This document shows, piece by piece, positions 14,290 to 25,492 of a DNA stretch of 64,000 nt. This stretch comes from Mizuhopecten yessoensis (lineage: Eukaryota). Made by a program: the position numbers and the translations under genes. The notes under the pieces were generated by a model. That model was not told the origin of the DNA. It saw nothing but the letters and a program-made list of their open reading frames with translations, and did not search any database. Positions within the stretch are counted from its first letter, which is position 1. Every line of letters begins with the position of its first letter. The DNA lies in contig NW_018403780.1 of NCBI RefSeq assembly GCF_002113885.1, positions 12,438-76,437 of the forward strand. The letters are read 5' to 3'.

Positions 14290-16849
14290 AAAAAATATCA
14301 GTTTTATTTAAAATCAGCTGTTGTATATAGTTAGACACAGTTAGACACAACTGTATACACAATTGTGTATATGTCTAACATTTCATAGTTGCAATTACTT
14401 TACAACAGTGTGGTTTGACTTATTATAGCATTTTTCTTACTTTAATAAAAACGAAAATTAAATATATAGAGACCGTTCATAGGATTTTCATACAAGAATC
14501 TCGAACGAATTCCATAAAAAGGGAGGAAATAGGAAAGGCTATGAAAATCCTTTTTTAATCTGTATAAGGACATTTATCTTGTGTTGCACATGTCATTTAA
14601 TAAGAACATTATTACTAAATTATTACACTCTTACAACATTTCACGATTAATACAAAATGTTACATAATGGCGTTACATAATTACATATGAAACTGCTTTT
14701 GTTAACATAAATTGTATTGTAATGTCACGTTATACTTCAGTAGGTGATAATTACCAACTCTGGTTATCGGTGATACTTAATGGAACACACACTCACGTGA
14801 GCGGTTCACCGACTTAAACTATTGTTCGATTCCTGTGACCTTCGTACAGAACCGTCTCGTGCTTTTTAAGCTATCTACTGCTACCAAGAATACAAATATT
14901 GAGATGTGCGTATTTATATACGATCAAAAGGCTTGGAACTATTCAGATGTGGACCCACACTAGAGTCCCATGTTTGACTATGATGATATCTTGTTCACAG
15001 AAAACGTTTACTCAAATGACACCCGACCTTCCTATAGCTTGTCTACAGAGCGAGGAAGGTTCACTCATACCATCTGAAAGGGAGAGAAATCTTTAACGTT
15101 ACGGATTTTAAAGATTCAATGGTATATGGGTTTTTATTAATAATAATTATAATCATGATACGGTTTGAACAAATAATTTCGAGATATCTTTGAGATATCT
15201 TCGAGATATGTTTCTCGTTTTTGTTTTGCAAAAATGTTGATTTTGGAAAATTTCGGCAAAAGAATGCCAAAAGGAAATGGGAAATCTTGTTTCCTCAAGA
15301 TCCCCAGGTCAAAGGCCAAGACCACAGTATCGATAAATAGGCAGTATTATAGGGAAATGATGGTTTTCATATGCAATCATTAGATCTAAACCAAAGTTTA
15401 TAAAAAATTGTATCCAATTTTTGGAAAATGAAAATAGTTATTGATATTGGGATTTCTATGTCACAGATTGTGCTCACGTCGGCTATAAAAGGCATTGTTG
15501 TTTTAAGAATATATTCGTTTGTGAAATCTAAGCAGGTGTTTCCAGCACTTTTATTAGTCGTATGCCCCCAAACGGGTAGTAAATGTCAGTTAGACATTAG
15601 TTCCCTTTTTTTGGTGTCAAAGAAGACTTTGTTATCACTTCCTGGTTGAATAAGCTACTTGAAGTAAAATGCCCTGTGGAGACATACAAAATAATCCACA
15701 GATAGTAGAGATAACCTTGCGGATTTGTCTAAGCAAGTTTTCTACAACTAGGTTAAGCTTATAACACCGACGCTATCTTTACTTTGATTTTTAAATTTTC
15801 AAAATTGATTCTTCTAAATAGTCAATAAGATTATACATAAAGATGATTGATTTATGTGTGACCATGTCTATAAGATTTTCCAAGGAATTTTACCACAGAG
15901 GTGTACCTCTACGCATGACGTATGTAACAGTCGTCAATGTTAACAAGAAATCATAGATTGGGACTTTATAACCTGTTTACCCAGGTTGTAAATCTGTTAT
16001 GTTACGAGGAATTTTCTAAACAACTTTCGCCTTTAACTGTATATCAACATATGTTTTGAAATACACTCGCAATTTCATCTTTTTGTTTTACCTTCAGTAC
16101 CTTACTTGGTACTTCTAGTATTTACTTTTGCCATGATTAAAGCCAAGTTTATACCAATGATGCCCGATACAGCTTGATAAACTTGACATTAATTACTGCA
16201 GTGGGTGCCACAAGCGGTATACAGGAAACGATTTAATCGCGGATGTCCGGAGTTAACTATTCAAATATCTATGTTTGTGTGTGGTTCGTGATTACGTTTC
16301 TGTCATCTTAGTTCCCTCTGTTGCGTTTCGTAAATATTTTGAATGCCAATTCTTATTGAAGTTGTGGTGCATTGCATATTTTTGTACTTTTTACTTTGTA
16401 TACTGCCTTAAATGCATAAATAACCCTTCAAATTTTGAAATATCTTTCATTAAATGACTGAATATTGTCCTCTGCGATGAAATTAGGCTTGCTATGTATA
16501 CCACTTGCACTTGGTGTGTTCTTTGAAGGAGTAACACAGTAAATACATTATAAATATTATGATTAGATATCATAACATAAATATCATAGGAATATCCAAT
16601 AAACTGTAAACAGAATAAACATTAAAATGCCGTAATAAACATATATTTTAGTACACACGATTACAGACAATACTGTAAAATTAATATCAGGTGTTTGTCA
16701 GTTGCATATACATTAAATAATACATCAATCAATACAATTTTGAGGAATTTGCAGGAGCTGCCTTATTAGGCGCTTACTACTAGTCCTATGCCACCTGGCT
16801 AAAATCTGCCTATGTGTGTATGCTTGCGAATGTGCTGGAGATGTATTTT

Positions 16850-16995
16850 GTTCTGTTTGTAGTGGGACAGTCATTCCAACGGCATCTTTTATAGTGTCAC
16901 CTCACTTAAATGCTACAGCACATATATCGCAATACTCACACCAAACCTTTCTATATTTCACCTGGGTTGTTGGAGAGTTTGAAACACGCAGTCAA
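16850..16995 (-). mobile_element. Degenerate SINE fragment
   Basis: TTTTATAGTGTCACCTCACTTAAATGCTAC resembles the reverse complement of a common bivalve SINE body; heavily diverged. Confidence 0.35.
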
Positions 16996-19900
16996 TAAGG
17001 TAAACCAATAAAATCTTTAAAATACACCTGATAATCAGATAAGCATTTAAAAGGTTAACAAACACGTTTTATTGGTGAGAATCTAGTTCCTTGAGGTCGA
17101 TGTTGGGCAGGATGTGTCTGTGTGGATATATGTTTGTGTTGGATACAGTATTGGCACGACTGTATACCGGGGATTACAGATCAATACCTGGCACCACTAA
17201 TGAGCTTTACAGTACCTGTAAACAGTGTATGAGAGGTATGTGACGTGTATGACGTACCCGTGTCCGTGATGTTTACCTGATAAGAAATCTTACGTGATGC
17301 GTGTCAGCAAATGATGGAAAGTTTTCTTTAGTACTCCTGTGTTTTTACTTAAATGTTATATTCTTCCTCAAATTTAATTTTACTTTTGATTCCAACATTG
17401 ATTTTATTAACTTTCAACGATCTCTGAATTCTCTCATGTCATGTGGCATACTGGGTGTTAAATATTATCCTGACCTATTTCAAAACGTTAACTGCAAAAT
17501 GTTTATTTCAATGCGGGCAAAAACTGAAGATTCCATTGCATATGGCATTAGACCATTGTTGAGTTTAATTAAAGTTTGAGCTGGAATGCGCCAGTTCGTG
17601 ACGGTTCGTGATGTTTTTACTCAGTGAAGGTTTATTGGCACCTACTTCCCATCACTGTGGTACACATTCAGCTAAATATGAATGTATTTCATGCAATAGT
17701 ATCAATTCCATAAATATTTTTCTTAAATAAGCATTATTCACTGTAATGTTCTATTACAAGTTGATATTTTTAACACGTGGTTCTATGAATAGATCGTAAA
17801 ATACTATAAGGATCACATATACATTTGAACAGATGAAGCTCAATCCTGAAAAGAATACTTTGGTATTTTGACTAATATTGTCGAATGCACGATCAATAGA
17901 AGTAGAGCAATATGATATTACCATCTGATGATCATATGCATATTGATATGTTATTCATTCCTGGTTTCCACTGCATACCAATCCATTACCCCCTCCCCTA
18001 TTGCCGTAATTGTTCTGTTGTACATATTACTTCATTCTTGTAGCTAGTGTTGAAAAGCTGATTACTAAGCAGGTAACAAATTTACATAAGTGTCACGACA
18101 CTTGTTTTTGTTTCCTTTTCTGTTTTATAAAACATGTATTTCGATGTATTGTCTAACACAAATTTGAATAAAACAATGTGTAAACCAATAGAAGTAGAAA
18201 AGTACACATAATTCAAATATTTTAGACTCAAAGGAGAAATTTCTTTTCCAAACTAACGTTACTTTTTTTTAAAAAGTTGCTGAATGCACGTAAATTAAGA
18301 AAGTTATTTCTAACTTTAAACTTTAAAAAGTTATTTCTAACTTTAAACTGTCTGTGTGACCGTAATCAACAGTCTATAAAGCTGATTTACAATTAAACTT
18401 ACATTAAAATATCATATAGTGAAAATTCAATGCATAAAACACTTCATTGATTTACATATTAGTTCCCTGGTCCGTCTTTCCGTGCAAATCCCGTTTTGGT
18501 TACAGTACCGATTCGAGTATACTGACGTTAAACACAGTATACAATTGAATACCGTACATCGTTGTATCACTCGCTATTTAACTTAATCCGTTGCTGTTGT
18601 TTAAGCCGATTCCGAGGTGACAAGCACGGTTCTTTATATAATTCATAAATGTGCTCATTCGTCCTGTTCCCTTTCTCTACGATTAAATGATTACAAGATT
18701 ACCGGATCGCGTGATTACATGGTGTGTTCACAATCACGTGAATTCCTGCCTTATTACATAGTTCTGATTAGGATTACACATGTACTTCAGATTTGAATGG
18801 TAGTTAAGGGGAAATCTTTACTTCAACAAAACTATATAATATTTACTTTGAAAATGTTTTCGGACTCCTACATTAATTGAGCCAAATCGGAAAAAAAATG
18901 TCTGGATTGTTAAATAATGTTCGTTGATAATGACTGCATTACACGTTCATTTTTATGCAGTTATTCAAAATGGACATTACATACAAGTATATACTCTATG
19001 GAATCTCTTTACTGTATGATTGTACACATATTTAAATCATTATTTACAACTGGCGGCCAGGAACCAGATGTATCGACACTTTTATTAATGTTACAAGCTT
19101 GTACACAGTGTAAGGGTTACCCCTGGGGGAAGTTAAAGCCAGCAACTGCTATTCATATCCTATTTACCATACCAACATGTTAAGTTTGAAATTATCGTCA
19201 GCTTCATAAAAATGTTTGTAATAATAGGGCCGACCAAGATTATAAATGACCCTGACTGATAGTCCTACTCCTGAGGCTGGTTATTTACATTCATGTCAAA
19301 CTCGTTCGGATTGTTCCATTTGTTTTCAGTTTAACGATAATTGACGGGTTTCACATGCAGTACATGAACCTCAACGTTTAGAGTTAGGGTATCGTGTCAC
19401 TCATACATTAATGTTGAATGTATTATTTATTTGATATCTAATCGGTTCCCGTTGCAGCCTTTAGTATTACTTAAAATATGTTCAAAATTATAAAAATGTA
19501 TATTTAACGCAGTGTGTAACGAGTCATAATGATTACAGTGTTAATGGAAACACAACGAGTTAGAGATTTGTTAAGTTGACAATACTTAAAGCAGTCTATG
19601 TGTGAACTATTAAATTAGTATGAATGAAAGTGTAGATGTATGTGTCAGTATACCTGTCTAATTCTACCTTGTTGTCAATACAGTAGACATGGCAAGATTT
19701 GTTAGCTTAAAACACATAATCGTATACTTTTGTGCAATTATAGGAACTTAAACTGATATAGACTACTTGGGTTAGAAATATATGATCAATTTTCGACCAA
19801 AAAAAGAAGAAAAAGTCGTGATATTTTTTGAAAGTTGGCCTTGATATGTTGAGAACCTATTGCCGCTTGATAAAGCTGCGATATTGTTCTTAGCCTGGTT

Positions 19901-20619
19901 AGCTTTACGAGTCAATAAACCCAAATTTTAAGATTTTTTCAATATATTCAATTTCAGAAATATTTTCCAAATTATAGTTAACAGTTGAAGATATATAATT
20001 GTATTGGTTATTGATCGTTAATGATGAATTTAATTATTTTTGAAAGAACATATCGTAGACATTTAAGCTAACTTGTTTTTAAGTGAAACACGCCCTTCAC
20101 AATCCTATACAAATTAATATGAATAAATGATAACACTGCACATGATAATACACCCAGTTCAAAACATATTGAAATATATTATGAAATAGTTCTACGAAAA
20201 CTTGGATTGCTTTCAAATATACAATGTGCATACAATTCATCTATAATAAGGTACCCTCTGAAATACGTCTATACTTACCAACAAAGATTAAACCACCTGT
20301 GGTCATAGCTATAATACTTCCATGCGCCTGTCGACAAGGACAGACCAAACCTACGGATTAGCCATGGAAGGGATCAACTTAATAATATGCCAGTTCAAAG
20401 GGATTAATCTCTAACTGTGTTTCCAATGCTTATATATAACGGCTGAAATTCAAAATGGTGGCAAAGTTTATATGACAATATTTGATCTCTATAACAATCG
20501 ATTTAAGTGATATGAAGATGTAATTTCTGAACTAAGATATATGATTGTCGTACTCTAAGGAAATATTTACCAAACTGAAATAACAAGTTGTTGTGTGGAG
20601 TCGACTCTAACGATCAGCC

Positions 20620-20637
20620 ATGGTTAAGATCAAGCAT
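20620..20637 (+). CDS. CAPN5: Putative upstream first coding exon of the calpain-5-like gene (MVKIKH)
   Basis: Strong start context CAGCCATGG and a perfect GTAAGT donor at 20638. A phase-0 join to the acceptor at 25324 adds FLSNI in frame before ATG 25340. Confidence 0.55.
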
Positions 20638-21228
20638 GTAAGTATTTATGTTGATTGTTACAATGTTTATAGAAACCATTACAAGTACAATGGAGACGTG
20701 CAATATAAATAGTTCGCTAAATCAAACAAGGACATTTTGACGGATTGTAATAATTTTACATTAAGCTACTTTGCTGTAAACTTGTTTCTCTTTATATTCC
20801 ACGACATTTAACGAGGAAATTGTCTTCATTTAAAGTATTGTATGACCTCCATATATAATAGGTTTGTGTGGAAACCTATGGTGATGCTCCTGTTGAAACC
20901 AATTAGTATTTATTTGATTAATTGTATGGATGTTATGCTGTAATATTTGCACCGAGATGGGGACTTACATTTAAGTCCAAACTCAACAATATAAATCAAG
21001 TAAATTGCCTTTATATGATGTTCATCTGTCTTTCTTACAATATATGATTTCATATATCACATATTGACAACGTGTAAAAATATTTAACGTTCATAAGCCA
21101 GTATAAATTAAACACTAAATTAGCAATTTACTGTGTTTTATTAAATACATGTGTACCTATTCAAAGTTTCGCAGCAGCATTCTTCGTTTAAGTATATTTA
21201 CTTACTTGATTCTGCATCCAAGCACATG

Positions 21229-21414
21229 TTCCGTCTTTGCGTATTGCAGAGTTATCTTCTCTTGGGAGCAGGTATTGATTGTTACGTCACTTGTTTGTGA
21301 GAGTAAAGTCATCAACTTTTGAGAAAACGACGTAATTTTCTCACCCAAACCAATGACGTAACAATCAATACCTGCTCCAAAGAGAAGATAACTCTGCAAT
21401 ACGCAAAGACGGAA
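21229..21414. mobile_element. Fold-back MITE with ~60-bp near-perfect inverted arms
   Basis: TTCCGTCTTTGCGTATTGCAGAGTTATCTTCTCTTGGGAGCAGGTATTGATTGTTACGTCA versus its reverse complement ending at 21414. A one-arm copy lies at ~38270-38349. Confidence 0.85.
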
Positions 21415-21619
21415 TTAGGCGACTATAGTGCAATACCTGTAGAACATTTTGGTACGTCATCTGTGTAATGGACACCTAGAAACTATAATTCCATTTGAAT
21501 AATTTCCATTTTCTTTCCTTTATCTCCCTTTTTCGACACCAACGCTTAATTAAAACGTGTTTTGTTAAACAAAAAATATAACATTTAAGATAAGACAAGA
21601 AGCTTGAGGTCTTTTTTTG

Positions 21620-22017
21620 AATAGATGATATAGCGACCAGTGGAACTCTTCAAATAGGAAGGGGTTAAACTGTACTCGCTGGGGCAACGGACAACATGGC
21701 AGCGCCAAAACATTCAGATACGAATTTCCACGAACTTCCATGTAATGAATTGGGTGATATTTTAAAGTCAAAAGGTATCACCTACTCCAAATAAGACAAT
21801 TGGGGAGCTAGTACACCTATGGTAGCAAGCAGACATGTTAAATTGGCCAGATATTGAAAAACGGGCCAAAGCTAAAGCGTCACAGCTGTGACGGACCGTC
21901 AGCGGCGTACAGAGTATCGTGTGTTACCTTTGAGTAAATGAAACGTCAGAAGGCTTGTTTTGGACAAACAATTTGATTGGAATGTCATCACTAAATGCAT
22001 TTGATATGACCTCTATT
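21620..22017 (+). mobile_element. Internally deleted DNA-transposon relic with SAP-like N-terminal coding remnant
   Basis: Short terminal inverted ends AATAGA...TCTATT. ATG 21696 gives MAAPKHSDTNFHELPCNELGDILKSKGITYS, then by frameshift NKTIGELVHLW*QADMLNWP, a SAP-like pattern. Confidence 0.4.
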
Positions 22018-22079
22018 CTTGTGAATTATTTTTATTGGTTCAATACAGTGAGGTGGGGCATATTGTTTACACATGGCAG

Positions 22080-23390
22080 GGGTCTCACTAATTTGCGCCA
22101 TAGGAGATTTAGCGCCATAGGTGCGCCATAGGAGTTTTTGCACGCCATAGCAAAATTTAAGTGTTTTATCCACGAAATATTTCGATTTTTCCATTGGTAT
22201 ACTCATTAAACATGTTTTGGTAAAGTATCATTTAACAAAAAATGTGTACTTTGTTAGAAAATCGATCTTGATTACGAAGCACTTTACACTAATTTGCGCC
22301 ATACGTGTTTTTTAACGCCATAGCTAAATATAAGAATTATTTTCAGCAAATAACTGTGTTTTTCCTTTGGTGTATGCAATGAACAGGTTGTGGTAAAGTT
22401 TCATTCTTAAAAAATGTTTATTTTGTTAGGAAATCGACAAAATATTTCATCGCGATTCAGAAGTCAATTTCAAGGGAAGTAACTCGTACATTTGCAAAAT
22501 ACGCCATATGTCTAGTGAATAAGACATGACTAGTACTTGAGAGGAAAAAAGAGAATTTATTTATGCATGTAAACATGGAATAAATTACAATTTAAAATAG
22601 TTAGACATGAACAAATTTTATATTAATTTTAGAATTTATTTAGAAAAGTTTATTTATTACATCTACTTAAATATCAATCACAGAAACATTAAAGAGAATA
22701 ACACATTTTTAAATATTATTAATATACATTAATGTTATTTAATGAACAGATTGATTAATAACATATGTACAACACAATTATAATCTTTATTGAATTCACC
22801 AATTATACATCTAAATCTACACAGAACATTGGAATACAGAACACATCCACAGTCTATCTAATAGTCACACACTTAAAGTACACAGGTTTGAAAACATTGT
22901 CTCTATTACCACTGGCTGCAATGTTCCCATCGTCAAGGCGGTACAGTTTCATCCCAGCTCGTAGGTACTTCGGTACATCTAGGGTAATGATGTCCTAGTA
23001 CTTGTCTCTAAATACTATTTGGGTTAGGCACTCTCTTCGTTTGTGGGTTTTTAACTCTACTGTATTTTTAAATCTTAAATCTATATCTCCATTTTCTTCA
23101 ATATAGAATCTCAAATAAAAAAAAACTCCAATTGATAGCTGCAATTCCTTCATTATAATCTTTTCATACATTTCATAACTTTCTTATTTATAATTGATTA
23201 ATGATGACCAACTGATGATGTTTTACCCCCGTATCCTCGCATTCTCTCGCGAGACTTGTGCATTTTCCAGCAAGAACTCTTCGAAGGGGAGTAACTCGTG
23301 GATGGTCGCGATAACACCTATTCTCTTCCATTATTGACACCAATCGCCAAAATTAGATTTTAGCGTGTTAAAACCCCGCCATACAGACCC
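22080..23390. mobile_element. Non-autonomous DNA-transposon-like element with repeated CGCCATA motifs
   Basis: GGGTCT (22080) and AGACCC (23385-23390) form short inverted ends. CGCCATA recurs at least 7 times, mostly in the left ~430 bp. AAGGG(A/G)AGTAACTCGT occurs at ~22472 and ~23285. Boundaries are uncertain. Confidence 0.5.
22854..23111 (-). pseudogene. Tpt1/KptA (RNA 2'-phosphotransferase, TRPT1-like) C-terminal relic
   Basis: Single frame RFYIEENGDIDLRFKNTVELKTHKRRECLTQIVFRDKY*DIITLDVPKYLRAGMKLYRLDDGNIAASGNRDNVFKPVYFKCVTIR*. The last 46 aa fit the eukaryotic Tpt1 C-terminal pattern (I.IDv.kal..Gi.Fy.s.NgViL..Gn..g.i.P.yF..v). AATAAA follows on the minus strand near 22790. Confidence 0.6.
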
Positions 23391-25339
23391 AAAAATTGTG
23401 TTTGTGGGGCTACCGTGTTTTGCTTATATACTACGATATTAAATAAACAAACAGCGCTTGTTGCCCTACTTCCTACCGAACAGTTGATGCTGTTAAACAT
23501 TTTGCTATGAGGAAGTGAAATCACTTTACTTTGACCTAGATTTAACAGACATGTGTCGTCGATGACGCCGAAGACGCTTAATCCATATTTTGCGTTAGTT
23601 GCTTGACGCTGATGTCGAATAGGGCTTTGCTAATACATCAGTATCCTTCGGGATACTTTCATGAATGCAGTACACTGTAACAGAAACAACCTCGTTATAT
23701 CGATATGATAAACACACCTCGTGTATACGACACCAGGTAAAGCCATCAGCACCTCACAATGGTAAGGATCGGTAAATATAGGTTTTAAGTGATTGAGTTT
23801 GTGTCGGACACGCAATGTATTAAATCATCATTGGGTCTCAAAGGTGATGCAGATGTCTAAATCAATGAATGACATCATTGCTAGCTTGATGAAATAATTG
23901 CATAGTTTCGTTATAAAATCCTACTTTGTATGGTGACTTGCTGTTAATATATTTCCTCCATGCTCAACGAAATCGAACAAGGAAATTGTCTTAATTTGAT
24001 ACATTGTATGGCCTCCGTATACTATTTTTTGTGTGAAATCGTGTTCTAAACATATTTAACTTCATTTTCAATGTAAATTGAGGAAAGTATCTTGCATACG
24101 ACACCAGGTAAATGCCATCCACCAACAGATCCCAGTGATTAGGAGCGTTACACGTATACGGTCCTTAATTGATTGCTTCTGTGTCGGGCATTCAGTGTAA
24201 TCAAACAGCATTGGGTGGAAACGGTGCTGCGTATGTATACAACCAACTACCTACATCATTGCTAGCTAGATCAAACAAAATAGAAAAAGTCCATTGCACA
24301 GTTTCGTAATAGAACAAATTGGTAACCTGTCATTACGCAATTTTCTATATTTTTATTTTAAATATCTCTGATGCTTTATCTTTGGTATATTGATAACGAT
24401 AGGTTAGAAATGATACTGGCTATTTATGTATTTAAATAAAGAGTTCATTATCGGTGAGCTTGATACGAGCCTTTTTTTTATATTTTTGTCAAAAACGACA
24501 AGTCATAAGAAATCTTTAAGCGATATTTTGAAACAACACAACTTAAAGTGTATTTTTTAATTGCCTGAATAGATATTCGGAAGAACCGAATATTAAAGTC
24601 TACATGCGATCATTATCATGGGGCCAGGTTCGCCCTGTGCTAACTCAGGAAGCCACGTCCTCTTGGCGAGACCTATATCTCCGCATGACTTCCAATACGC
24701 TATAAAACTAAAGCAGATACAGAAAAGAAAGGAAATGAAAAGAAACTAGAGGCGTGTCGAAGCTGTATGAAGGCAATGTAGTAAGTTGGTCGTAAACGAT
24801 ATAGCGCCCTTATACCTGTGGTTAAATGTTTTCTGACCAGCGATAACCACCAAACATTCTCGTTGAGGGTTGACTGTTAAACATTCTCGTACGGATTTCA
24901 TACCTTCTCTTTTATGGGGGCGATAATAAGTATCCGCATCGTATAAAGCTAGCGAATACACAATTGCTAAGTACGATCTAACCTGAATCCAATTTACATG
25001 CAAATGTTATAATCAATCTCCTTCGTATAGATTCTGTTTGTTACCTTACAGCCATATATCAGATTGTGTATACTAACTATACTATATTCATCATATGGGT
25101 GATATTCCCACACGCTGAGTATCATAAATATTTCTGAAATAAGCTACAAATGCCTACATCCTTAATCGACTCTAGTCTTTCCAAAGAAATAAGCAGTAAA
25201 ATACAAATTTTTTTCATAGAAAGAAAATATAATATGTCAATCAAACCGAATTTCAATACATGTTTTTTCTATCGTATTATTATTATAAACCATTACGAAA
25301 ACAAAATATTTTCATTTATTGTAGTTCCTAAGCAACATC

Positions 25340-25492
25340 ATGCCGACTAACTACAGAGGTCAAAAGTATTCGTCGATCCGGAGCGAGCACGTTAAAGCCG
25401 GAACGCTGTTTGAGGACCCGGAATTCAAAATCAACAACAAATCACTATTCTTTAGTAAGATTGATCAAGATATCGAGTGGAAAAGACCCAGG
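25340..25492 (+). CDS. CAPN5: Calpain-5-like coding exon 1 (MPTNY...WKRPR)
   Basis: Acceptor AG 25323-25324, ATG 25340, donor GTAAGT 25493, phase 0. Confidence 0.92.

Noticed and set aside
2638-19183. Numerous 60-100 aa ORFs in the first 20 kb
   Set aside because: Low-complexity translations of AT-rich DNA, with no domain motifs or consistent exon chain.
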